This document shows positions 1 to 9,130 of a DNA stretch of 64,000 nt, one piece after another. How positions within the stretch are numbered: the first letter of the stretch is position 1; each line of letters opens with the position of its first letter. Position numbers and translations under genes: made by a program. Source of the stretch: Calditrichia bacterium (GTDB taxonomy: Bacteria > Calditrichota > Calditrichia > RBG-13-44-9 > J075); NCBI GenBank assembly GCA_050633245.1, contig JBOEGD010000024.1, positions 160,001-224,000 on the forward strand, written 5' to 3'. The notes under the pieces are model-generated. The model had not been told where the DNA came from. It was given only the letters and a program-made list of their open reading frames with translations, and did not search any database.

Positions 1-334
1 TGATTTTGAAGTACTTAGTCAGGCCGCCGGTGACGATTTGCTGCCGAATACGCCGGAAACCAAGTTTAACGTCGGTGCTTCTTATACTACCCCCAATTGG
101 GACGCTTCGGTACGCGCTAAATATGTATCCGAGTTCGATTGGGCTGCAGGCGTGTTCTCCGGAACAATTCCGTCTTATGCCACGGTCAATGTTACAGGTG
201 GGTACAATCTAACAGACAATACGCGTATTGGTTTGGTTGTTACGAATCTACTCAACAATGAGCATATTCAGCTATTTGGTGGTTCCGTTATCGGGCGGCG
301 TGCGCTTGCAAATATTTCCTTCAATATTGATTAA
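1..334 (+). CDS. TonB-dependent outer membrane receptor, C-terminal part (5' end outside window)
   Basis: Frame is open from position 2; typical TBDR tail LLPNTPETKFNVGASY...PSYATVNVTGGY...VTNLLNNEH...IGRRALANISFNID. Confidence 0.85.
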   Translation, partial: DFEVLSQAAGDDLLPNTPETKFNVGASYTTPNWDASVRAKYVSEFDWAAGVFSGTIPSYATVNVTGGYNLTDNTRIGLVVTNLLNNEHIQLFGGSVIGRRALANISFNID

Positions 335-465
335 TTAGCACATTGAATCTTATCAGTTCAATTGCCGTTGTTTGCATATCAAACAGCGGCAATTTTTTTT
401 CTGCTTTTCTGAACAAACTTTCGGTTGTTACGTGCAATAGTATATGCCCAGCCCGGAGGTTGTTT

Positions 466-3400
466 GTGAATTATCGTATTCTTGTTTTTTCGACGATATT
501 TTTTATGTCGATGCAGAGCTTTGCGCAAAACAGCGTACGCTTCGACCATCTCAGTATTGAGCAGGGACTCTCTCACACCTCCGTTAAAGATATTGCACAG
601 GACGATGCCGGATTTCTCTGGTTTGCCACTCCTGATGGATTAAACCGTTACGATGGATATGAATTTACCCGCTTTCGCCACGACCCCGAAGATGAACACT
701 CCCTTCCTGCAAACTCGATAAACAAGCTCTATGTCGATGCCGAGGGAGTACTTTGGATTGCCACCTTTAGCGGGCTCTGTCGCTTCGATCCGGTTCATGA
801 ACACTTCGTTCGCTATATCACCACGGATGACTCGCTACAGACACAGGGCGATTATATATCCACAATAGCTGAAGATCGGAAAGGAAATCTTTGGATTGGT
901 CGCATGAATGGTTTGACGCGTGTTAACAAGCGAACCGGCGAGTCTGATCATATGGCTGGTTTCATAGATGGCCCTTTTTCTCTTCCTACAAACAATTCTA
1001 TACATGACATTGTTCCGGATCCATTTTCGAATCACCTCTGGCTTGCCACGTCCGCCGGGCTAAATCGCTTCGACCCTGAATCAGGGCTCGTGCATCATAT
1101 TGCTTCCGGTGGCCGTTATATGGTCTCCCGAAGTCAGTTCCACCTGGAAACGCAGCAGCTGCTTATGCAATTAATGCGGGTTACACCAGCTGTGGGAGCG
1201 TTGACGTCTATTGCCGACCTTGCCGACTCCTCTCATTCTTTTCGGCTTCACAAACCCGAGCGCGTGTTATTGACAATGCAGGGCGAAGGTGCAGGTGGTG
1301 CGCTTTATGACTATGGTTGGCTGGAAGACAGCCGCGGGCGAGTGATTTGGAAAGCGGACTATCTTTCTACGCGTGCCGCCGGAGGAAGCCCTAAGAACCG
1401 CCTGGGTATTGCGGTGCGTACCTTACCGGCGGGGGAATACCGACTTCGCTATGTCTCGGATGATTCTCATTCCTTCGGTAAATGGAATGCTGATCCTCCG
1501 AAATTAGCTGAGCTCTGGGGAATAAGTCTGTTTCGGCTTACAGGAGAGATGGAAGCAGAACTGGAAAAGCATCGTCAGGACTATTTTGAACCTCCACTAA
1601 TTCCTTCCCGGTGGACATTCTCTTTATTCGCTGACACGCTGAGGAATGAAGCCGGTGAGCAGCAACTTTGGGTTGGTACCGGGAATGGCGTCTCGCTCAT
1701 TACTCTACCGCAGGCTTCCGATAAGATCAGTCGTTTTTATCAAACTGAAGTAGCTACCCGTTATTTCGAAAGCGAACAGTTAAAGCTGACAAACATTGAA
1801 CTGCCGGTCTCGAATTCTTTCGAGAGGCGCAACTTTGAAGCGTATGATTTATTAGTCACACGTACCAAGAAGAAACGGAAGCTTTGGGTTGCAACAGCTA
1901 ACGCCGGATTGCTCACGATGCCGCTTTCGATGAATGCTGCGAGTTCAATTCAGCGTTACCATCACGATATGGCCGATGAACACAGCCTGTCTGCAAATGA
2001 GGTGCGGACCGTTGAGCTCGATCATTCCGGTAATCTTTGGGCAGGAACCGTAAACGGACTCAACAAACTGAATCCGCGCAAGCTACAGTTTACCCATCAT
2101 AAACGATTTCACTCCGGAAAAGTGCCCGGCGAAAACTTTACCAGAGTTTTGGCGATTTTTGAACAGCCGGAAAAAGAGCACCTGTGGGTTGCCACCGAAG
2201 GAGGGGGTATAAGTCGCATTGCCTCTGATGATCAACCGCCACTTTATTTCTCTCTTAAATCGACTGATTATCCCAATCAGCCTAACATCGTGCATTCTAT
2301 TAGTCGTTTTGGGCAGTCTGAAATACTTTGGCTCGCTACGGCTACTCAGGGACTTGGTAGATTTGATACGCGAACTGGCAATGTCTCGTTTATTCGCCGT
2401 CCACATGTATTCACAGAACCGGATGGATTTAAGAACAAATTGTTGTCCAATAGGCTAATTGTTGTTTTGGCTGATTCTCAAAACACCCTGTGGGTTGGAA
2501 CAGAACGCGCCTCACTGGCTCGCATAACACTTGATGTGAATGAACGTCTTAAGACGGTCAGGCATTATGGAATTCCCATGGAGAGAGGTAAGGTAATACC
2601 AGACTCCATGCGTTTGCTTACCAATCAGATTTGGACACTGATAAAAGATCCTCATGCCGAGCGTCCGACCCTTTGGCTTGGAATGGTTGGTGGGCATCTA
2701 AGTTCATTAGATATTGAAACCGGTATTTTTACACATTATCGAAGCCAATCGCCACCGACTTCAGCCGGACCGAATAGCAAAACAATAACAGCACTTCACG
2801 TTGATAATCGCGGTGATTTATGGGTGGGAACCTATAGCGGTGGCGTAAATCGGATGGATAGAAAAACCAAAACGTTTCGCCATTATACGGTGCGTAAAGG
2901 GCTTAGCAACAATATGGTGGAGGGGATTCTTGAGGATGATCGCGGTAGAATCTGGATTAGTACGAATGATGGACTATCGATGTTGGACCCGGAAACAGAA
3001 GCAATTCAAACCTATGATGTAAATGATGGTCTTCAGAGCAATCAATTTACGCGTGGAGCCTCGGCCCGAACGGCCGATGGAAAGCTGCTGTTTGGAGGCG
3101 TGAACGGATTAAGCTGCTTTTATCCGGATAGCCTGAAGGAGAGTACCAGCAATCCTGCAGTCGTCTTGACAGACTTTAAGGTATTTGGCCGATCGGTTAT
3201 TCGCGGAGACAGTATTGCCAAAACCGAGACGCGTTTCGATTTTAAGAAGACGCTGTCAGAAGTAGATGAAATCCGTTTATCGTATGCTGAGAACTTTTTT
3301 TCCTTCAACTTTGTAGCGTTGGATTATACCAATTCATTGAAGAACGAATATGCTTATCGGCTGGATGGTTTCGACAGAGGATGGATTTATTGCGATGATC

Positions 3401-4314
3401 GTCGATTTGCAAGCTATACCAATCTTGATCCCGGAAGCTACACGTTTCGTGTGAAAGCTGCCAATAGCGATGGTGTCTGGAACGAAGAGGGCGTTGCGGT
3501 GCAGATATCAATCATGCCCCCGTTTTGGAAGACGTGGTGGTTTTACCTCTTTAGCGCCTGTCTGCTCGCCGGAATAGCTTATGGTTATCATAATTATCGA
3601 TTGCGACAAAAAGTTCGTGAGATGGTTGCCATAGAGCGCGTGCGCAAAAAGGCTGCTGCCGACTTTCATGACGAGCTTGGGCATAAGCTCACTAAAATTT
3701 CGCTGTTTAGTGAAATTGTTAAGCGTCGGCTCAGCGAAGCACCGGGAGAGACCGTTGATTATGTGCAGCGAATTAACGATATTTCCGGCGGGTTATACAA
3801 TGGCATGCGCGATTTTTTATGGACGCTGGATCCGGGAAAAGATTCACTTTATGAAGCGCTCATTCGTTTGAAAGATTTTGGCGATGAATTCTTTGATAAA
3901 TCTGGTATTTCCTTTGAGGTTGAGGGAATAGATGATTCTATGCGACGTATAGAACTTACAATGGATTGGAAGCGACATTTAGTACTTCTCTTCAAGGAGG
4001 CCATGACTAATGTACTAAAGCACTCCCGCGGTGATAATGTGCTTCTTCGCGCATCGCTGCATGACAGACGATTTATGCTTGAATTACTGGATAATGGTCG
4101 AGGCTATACGTTTTCCTCGCCTTCACAAAACGGGATTAATGGTGTAAATGGATCGAATGGAAGTCATAAGACCACGTACTCCAAATCGGTTAACCCCAAA
4201 GGTCTGGGCTTGAAAAATATGCGATTCCGTGCTGAACAACTTTCGGGAGAATTTAAGATAATGAACTCTCCGGATGGACCAGGAACTGTTGTTCGTTTCA
4301 TTGCGACCGTTTAG
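466..4314 (+). CDS. Sensor histidine kinase with periplasmic beta-propeller (Reg_prop repeats), Y_Y_Y domain, TM helix and HisKA_3-type/HATPase core
   Basis: FDHLSIEQGLSH and QDDAGFLWFATPDGLNRYDG repeats; YAYRLDGFD...YTNLDPGSYTFRVKAANSDGVW; PPFWKTWWFY; DFHDELG H-box; EAMTNVLKHS; DNGRG; GLGLKNM. Likely start is GTG 466 after GGAGG (ORF track starts at 343). Confidence 0.92.
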   Translation: MNYRILVFSTIFFMSMQSFAQNSVRFDHLSIEQGLSHTSVKDIAQDDAGFLWFATPDGLNRYDGYEFTRFRHDPEDEHSLPANSINKLYVDAEGVLWIATFSGLCRFDPVHEHFVRYITTDDSLQTQGDYISTIAEDRKGNLWIGRMNGLTRVNKRTGESDHMAGFIDGPFSLPTNNSIHDIVPDPFSNHLWLATSAGLNRFDPESGLVHHIASGGRYMVSRSQFHLETQQLLMQLMRVTPAVGALTSIADLADSSHSFRLHKPERVLLTMQGEGAGGALYDYGWLEDSRGRVIWKADYLSTRAAGGSPKNRLGIAVRTLPAGEYRLRYVSDDSHSFGKWNADPPKLAELWGISLFRLTGEMEAELEKHRQDYFEPPLIPSRWTFSLFADTLRNEAGEQQLWVGTGNGVSLITLPQASDKISRFYQTEVATRYFESEQLKLTNIELPVSNSFERRNFEAYDLLVTRTKKKRKLWVATANAGLLTMPLSMNAASSIQRYHHDMADEHSLSANEVRTVELDHSGNLWAGTVNGLNKLNPRKLQFTHHKRFHSGKVPGENFTRVLAIFEQPEKEHLWVATEGGGISRIASDDQPPLYFSLKSTDYPNQPNIVHSISRFGQSEILWLATATQGLGRFDTRTGNVSFIRRPHVFTEPDGFKNKLLSNRLIVVLADSQNTLWVGTERASLARITLDVNERLKTVRHYGIPMERGKVIPDSMRLLTNQIWTLIKDPHAERPTLWLGMVGGHLSSLDIETGIFTHYRSQSPPTSAGPNSKTITALHVDNRGDLWVGTYSGGVNRMDRKTKTFRHYTVRKGLSNNMVEGILEDDRGRIWISTNDGLSMLDPETEAIQTYDVNDGLQSNQFTRGASARTADGKLLFGGVNGLSCFYPDSLKESTSNPAVVLTDFKVFGRSVIRGDSIAKTETRFDFKKTLSEVDEIRLSYAENFFSFNFVALDYTNSLKNEYAYRLDGFDRGWIYCDDRRFASYTNLDPGSYTFRVKAANSDGVWNEEGVAVQISIMPPFWKTWWFYLFSACLLAGIAYGYHNYRLRQKVREMVAIERVRKKAAADFHDELGHKLTKISLFSEIVKRRLSEAPGETVDYVQRINDISGGLYNGMRDFLWTLDPGKDSLYEALIRLKDFGDEFFDKSGISFEVEGIDDSMRRIELTMDWKRHLVLLFKEAMTNVLKHSRGDNVLLRASLHDRRFMLELLDNGRGYTFSSPSQNGINGVNGSNGSHKTTYSKSVNPKGLGLKNMRFRAEQLSGEFKIMNSPDGPGTVVRFIATV

Positions 4315-4337
4315 ACGATTTTTCAGTTAATATCGAG

Positions 4338-5324
4338 GTGATGCGAATAGCTTATAAAGAAATGTACGGTTTTATCATGCGGCGAATATTTATATTACTC
4401 CTTTCCCTCAGTCATATGGCTTTTTCTCAACCTCAGCCCACTCCATTACCATTAGCTTCTCTTCAACGCGTCTCCATTGAGCTCGCGGGAAACTATTTTT
4501 TCAACCCTTGGGATAACTACAATAATGTTCTCGCGCTAAACAGCAGAGAAATTGGTCAAAACCCACGCTTTGAATCTACGGTGGGATCTTATGATAAAGT
4601 CGTTGGCGATGCCGGTTTAGGGCTGGGAATAAGCTATGTACTCTCTCATGGGTTATACCTTAAGGTGAATTTGACACGAGGAGCTGTTGATAGCCATTTT
4701 GCATTTCACCCTGTTCCTGAACCATCTTCCGGAACCACCCGACTCTCAACGGCATTCTCTCAATCTATTCAGTTTACACACCACCTGGCCGAGATCGGGT
4801 TAAAATATCAGTATAAATTGTCTCGTAGATTTGATGTCCATCTGGCAACTATGGTTAGCTTTGGCTTTGCAAATGTTGACTACGAATTAATGTCCGGTCG
4901 ATTTGCAACGGGACCGGTTGCGACCGGCGACCCGTTGGTTGTAAACGCCACTCTTAAAGATCAGAGCGTTGGGTGGAGCATGGACGCAGGAGTTCGACTT
5001 CATATTCGCGGGCCTTTTTCGATTTCCCTGAACGGAAATTTACGCCGCTTACAGTTCGAACATTTGCATGGCGGTGTCACTCACGATGCCCAGGGGATTG
5101 ATTTTGAGTTTGCTGCTTATCTGGCCGAGACAGAGAATTTTTTCTCTGTGGTGCCTTCTTTTCCCGATCGGACCTTTACTCCGTTAACATTTTCTCCACG
5201 TGCAAATAGTTTACCCGTAATGGATTTTGCTTCAGGATTTATTTCAAGTGATACGCCGCTGCCGGAAGCCGTAATTGATTTAGTGGCGCTCGGCATGTCT
5301 ATTGGACTGGAAATTAGTTTTTAA
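4338..5324 (+). CDS. Putative outer membrane beta-barrel protein
   Basis: Signal peptide (MRRIFILLLSLSHMAFSQ, start may be 4377), alternating beta strands, C-terminal GMSIGLEISF ending in Phe. Confidence 0.65.
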   Translation: MMRIAYKEMYGFIMRRIFILLLSLSHMAFSQPQPTPLPLASLQRVSIELAGNYFFNPWDNYNNVLALNSREIGQNPRFESTVGSYDKVVGDAGLGLGISYVLSHGLYLKVNLTRGAVDSHFAFHPVPEPSSGTTRLSTAFSQSIQFTHHLAEIGLKYQYKLSRRFDVHLATMVSFGFANVDYELMSGRFATGPVATGDPLVVNATLKDQSVGWSMDAGVRLHIRGPFSISLNGNLRRLQFEHLHGGVTHDAQGIDFEFAAYLAETENFFSVVPSFPDRTFTPLTFSPRANSLPVMDFASGFISSDTPLPEAVIDLVALGMSIGLEISF

Positions 5325-5334
5325 TGAGGAATAC

Positions 5335-6459
5335 ATGATGTACCGTTTCACATATCTTTTCCTTTGCATGCTTATCCTTTTGGGAGCTTGCACAAAGGAT
5401 GTTACTTTTGGCCCTGAAGTTAGCAACTCGCGCGATTGGGCTCCTCAAATAGAACTCGAAGTTGTAGGTTATCAGAGGTTCCATATTTCAATTTCTGCAC
5501 CACAGTCAAGTCTTGTGAGTGCAATTCGATCTTATATTATTCGTGCGACCGGAGTAAATGGAACCAACCTGGAATTTATTGACGAAGTTGATCGAATTTC
5601 GGGCCTGATATCCGGATATATATCTCGGGATGCGATTCTTGAGGAGGGAGGCGAATATGAAATAACGGTCACTGTTCGATATATTGATGATGTTCGAAAT
5701 GAGAGCAACACTTTGACTGTCCAAAGTTCGGAAACTCCCGGCGATATTTTGGATGAAATCAGAATTCCCTCTCGTTGGAACGATGTTACATTACGAAATA
5801 TTGTGATATGGGATGGCGCCATCTATCGACTGTTCGGTGATCAAATTCTAAAGCTGGATATCTCCACAGAGGACGTTTCTTTCATCCCTGGAGTGTTTAT
5901 TCAGGATCTGAATAATCCGGGAATCGTTCGGCTGGTTGGCGGTCGGAATGGTAAAGTCTTGTTTGCACAGCAAACCTCTTTCGATCAGATCACATATCGT
6001 TTTGCAGAGACGGATCTTTTATCCGGAGCCTCTCGCGCTCCGTTTTCCCTCAGTGCTGATTTCAATGCGTGGTTTTTTGAACCGATGGCCTACAATGGTT
6101 CGCAGGTATTAATGCTTGTTAAAAGAAGTGGACTTGCCGACACTGAACTTGAGTTTCAACTCTACAATGTAGAAAGCGGTGCGCTGGAATCAACATTCCC
6201 TCCTTTTCGCAGCGAGCAGCTGGATAATTTTGCGTATTATGAGCTTGTTGGAGATACTATCTGGCGCACGGAGAACCGCTCTTTCGACAATCGTCTTCAA
6301 AAAATTGATCCACAAACCGGACAAATTCTTCAAGAGTTTCACATCCCGGTATTCGCATCGGAATATCTTCACTATAATGATGGCTTTTGGGTTACTCGAA
6401 GAGTTACGTTTGATGACTATTCTACTGAAGCACTTAAGATCGATCCTGCAGAATTCTAA
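5335..6459 (+). CDS. Lipoprotein with FN3-like N-terminal region and probable beta-propeller
   Basis: Lipobox ILLGAC; SD GAGGA before ATG 5335; YEITVTVRY..ESN FN3-like strand; RLQKIDPQTGQILQEF blade-like motifs. Confidence 0.6.
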   Translation: MMYRFTYLFLCMLILLGACTKDVTFGPEVSNSRDWAPQIELEVVGYQRFHISISAPQSSLVSAIRSYIIRATGVNGTNLEFIDEVDRISGLISGYISRDAILEEGGEYEITVTVRYIDDVRNESNTLTVQSSETPGDILDEIRIPSRWNDVTLRNIVIWDGAIYRLFGDQILKLDISTEDVSFIPGVFIQDLNNPGIVRLVGGRNGKVLFAQQTSFDQITYRFAETDLLSGASRAPFSLSADFNAWFFEPMAYNGSQVLMLVKRSGLADTELEFQLYNVESGALESTFPPFRSEQLDNFAYYELVGDTIWRTENRSFDNRLQKIDPQTGQILQEFHIPVFASEYLHYNDGFWVTRRVTFDDYSTEALKIDPAEF

Positions 6460-6580
6460 ACTACTTCCCAATCGCTTTTTTCTATCAAAAACTCCATTTG
6501 ATTGCAATATATTGATTGCATGGCCTGTCTAACAAATACAGTCTGATTAGACGACTTGCAAAATAGTCATAGAGGATAGA

Positions 6581-7147
6581 GTGCCGGCGAGTTCAGTGGA
6601 AGACAAAGCATCTCCAACAGATGCACAGCTTATTACGAAAGCATTGAGTGGAAATCAAATGGCTTATCGCCAACTGGTATTGCGCTATGAGTCGCGGGTT
6701 GCTGCAACGGTGATTGGAATGCTCGGGTATTGCCCGGAAGCTGAAGATGTTGGGCAGGAAACCTTTATCCGTTTCTTTAAGAGCATGGAGCGATTTCGCG
6801 GCGACTCCAGCGTGGGCACATACATTACCCGAATTGCAATTAACCTATCGCTAAATGAATTGAAGAAGCGAAAACGCCGCAATTTATTCTTACAGGATAA
6901 ACCGATTGAAGACATACAAGTGTCAGATGAGTCCGGTGCATTCGTAAAAATGGAGAACCGCGACTATATTAACAAGGCGCTTATGTTGCTGAATGAAAAA
7001 GATCGTGCCGTGATTCTTTTGCGCTTATCTGAAGGCTGCTCGACGGAAGAAACAGCAACAATTTTAGACATGCCGATTGGAAGCGTTTTGTCGCGGTTGT
7101 CGAGAGCTCAGAAAAAATTAAAAGAGCTGGTTAAGGTTTACCTTTAG
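6581..7147 (+). CDS. ECF RNA polymerase sigma-70 factor
   Basis: AEDVGQETFIRFF, FRGDSSVGTYITRIAINLS (region 2); STEETATILDMPIGSVLSRLSRAQKKL (region 4). Confidence 0.95.
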   Translation: MPASSVEDKASPTDAQLITKALSGNQMAYRQLVLRYESRVAATVIGMLGYCPEAEDVGQETFIRFFKSMERFRGDSSVGTYITRIAINLSLNELKKRKRRNLFLQDKPIEDIQVSDESGAFVKMENRDYINKALMLLNEKDRAVILLRLSEGCSTEETATILDMPIGSVLSRLSRAQKKLKELVKVYL

Positions 7148-7178
7148 CCTGTATATAGACTTGTGTAGGAGACTAGTG

Positions 7179-7583
7179 ATGAAAGACAAGAGACGAGAAT
7201 TACTTTACCGTTCCTTCAATGAAGACTTAACTCAGCGGGATGCCGACGAGTTAAACGAAGCTCTTGAACAATCCGAAGAGTTGCGCAACGAACAGCGGGA
7301 CTTCCTTGAAACTCGTGAGCAGCTTCAAAATGCACTTCCCTCTACTTTTGCTCCAGGCTTTGCGAATCGCGTGGTTCAGCGTTTGCAGAATGAACGGAGT
7401 GCGGAGGATGAGCTGTTTAGTGGTTTACTTACTTCATTCAGACGGGCTGCACTAATTGCAGGACTCACAATGATCGGTTTACTTTCATATACGGCGCTCG
7501 ACGGCGAGTTGTCTCTCTATAGCTTGTTGGGATTGCAGGACGCGTCTTATGAGCAACTGATTTCTGCGAACTTTACTGAGTAG
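7179..7583 (+). CDS. Putative anti-sigma factor (single TM)
   Basis: Directly after the ECF sigma; helical N-terminus, APGFANRVVQRL motif, one TM segment; SD AGGAG before ATG 7179. Confidence 0.7.
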   Translation: MKDKRRELLYRSFNEDLTQRDADELNEALEQSEELRNEQRDFLETREQLQNALPSTFAPGFANRVVQRLQNERSAEDELFSGLLTSFRRAALIAGLTMIGLLSYTALDGELSLYSLLGLQDASYEQLISANFTE

Positions 7584-7599
7584 ATAAAAGGAAATTTAG

Positions 7600-8076
7600 A
7601 TGGAAATTAAAACGAAATCTACGCTTATAGTAATTGCAACCTTTTTGGCAGGAATGATTTTAGGTGCCGTTCTCCTGGGTACGGCAATGACGTATCGAAC
7701 AAAAGGCATAACGGCACAGAAAGTGTCGCGTAGTATTTTAAATACGATTAGACCTACTCCTGAGCAGGAGGAGCCTGTTCGTGAAGCATTGAAAGCTCAT
7801 AAGAAGAGAATGAGTGGCTTAATGCAAGATATGCGCAGTGATATGGGTATTGCACATGACTCTTTGATGCAGGATCTGGATTCTGTATTATCTGTGGAAC
7901 AGAAGGAGCGGTTGCAGCGTTTTGAAAAGCGTATGCAGCGCTTTGGGCCGAGAGGAGAGTCTTTCCGGCGGAAAAAGCGCGGTTTACGTCGCGGGAGATA
8001 CGAGAACGAAAAACGGCGAAGCATGTCGGAGCCTGATTCAGTGCGAAAGCAGCATAACGATTTTCCAAAAGATTAA
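7600..8076 (+). CDS. Membrane-anchored periplasmic helical protein (Spy/CpxP/heavy-metal-sensor-like accessory of the ECF module)
   Basis: N-terminal TM (TFLAGMILGA), PTPEQ and VLSVEQKERL motifs resembling LTxxQ, Met/His-rich helix. Confidence 0.6.
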   Translation: MEIKTKSTLIVIATFLAGMILGAVLLGTAMTYRTKGITAQKVSRSILNTIRPTPEQEEPVREALKAHKKRMSGLMQDMRSDMGIAHDSLMQDLDSVLSVEQKERLQRFEKRMQRFGPRGESFRRKKRGLRRGRYENEKRRSMSEPDSVRKQHNDFPKD

Positions 8077-8085
8077 AAGGATAAC

Positions 8086-8946
8086 ATGAAACACCAAAAT
8101 TCTGCCTTACTCATATCCCTTGTTCTTCTTCTCTCTATTTCACTCTTTGGGCAGCGTGGCGGTATTACCCGCAATCCTCTCGAAGTAGGTCTGGACTATA
8201 GCTACTTTGACTCTCAGGAAGATCAGCAGATTCTTGCTACTCTCGCGTTTAAGCGTGCCACCGGATTTATTCCCAAATTTTCTCCATATATCACCTCAGA
8301 ATTCCTGTCTCTTTCCGGCGGAATCAGAACGTATAGCGTTCAAGACTCAACTGAACTACGCTGGCGGGCCGTGCTGTATAATGGTGAGTTTGTTTTTCGA
8401 TCCTTTACTGTTGGTTTTACACTTGCCGATCTTGATGAGCGCGGTTTATTTCAGGAAGATTATCGCTGGGCGGCCATTCGGTTAGGCTTTGGCAAAGTGT
8501 TTGGCAATGGTTTTCTCAATATCTATCCGCAAATCAGCGGCTCGTTTGCCGGAGGTCAGTGGGTACTTGGTGAAATTGATCATCCCGAGCTCGGTGCTGC
8601 TGCCAATAATGAATTGTCTGGTCAGGAGGCGGGGTATCAGGGTTTGTTGGGAATTCGCCTTGCCAATAGATTTTTGGTAACGGCTCTCTATAATGAGCGT
8701 ATCTTAATCGATGGCCCGGAACCTAAGATTAAAACACTTAGTTTTGAACTGCGTTATCGCATTCCCCTGAGCAGTCGCCGCAATCAGCTTCAGCTCTTTG
8801 CCGGCTGGTCGCGCGAGGAAACGAGCTATTCTGCCAATGAACTTGAGCAGGAAATCAGCACGATTAAGGCTGGGCTGAGATTTGCTTTCCGTCGCGGTGC
8901 GCGTAAGCCGGGCAGCGGCTTTGGCGGCGATCCATTATTTGACTGA
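8086..8946 (+). CDS. Secreted/outer membrane protein of unknown function
   Basis: Signal peptide ending SLFGQ; amphipathic beta strands (IKAGLRFAF near the C-terminus). Confidence 0.6.
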   Translation: MKHQNSALLISLVLLLSISLFGQRGGITRNPLEVGLDYSYFDSQEDQQILATLAFKRATGFIPKFSPYITSEFLSLSGGIRTYSVQDSTELRWRAVLYNGEFVFRSFTVGFTLADLDERGLFQEDYRWAAIRLGFGKVFGNGFLNIYPQISGSFAGGQWVLGEIDHPELGAAANNELSGQEAGYQGLLGIRLANRFLVTALYNERILIDGPEPKIKTLSFELRYRIPLSSRRNQLQLFAGWSREETSYSANELEQEISTIKAGLRFAFRRGARKPGSGFGGDPLFD

Positions 8947-8979
8947 TCTATTAAAAGACCGGAGCAGTCTTCAATAAAA

Positions 8980-9012
8980 AGACTGGAGCAGTTTTGAAAA
9001 CTGCTCCAGTCT
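8980..9012. terminator. Perfect 16-bp inverted repeat (terminator or REP-like)
   Basis: AGACTGGAGCAGTTTT-G-AAAACTGCTCCAGTCT, 33 nt after the stop at 8946. Confidence 0.7.
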
Positions 9013-9130
9013 AGCGCTAAATCACCTCACGATAATTCCCCTGCCGAAATAATAGATTTGTAAAAAGAATCACAATCCTTTATTATGTAGGGTTATGAAT
9101 CGATTATTTTTATAAAAAGGATATCCTTCC

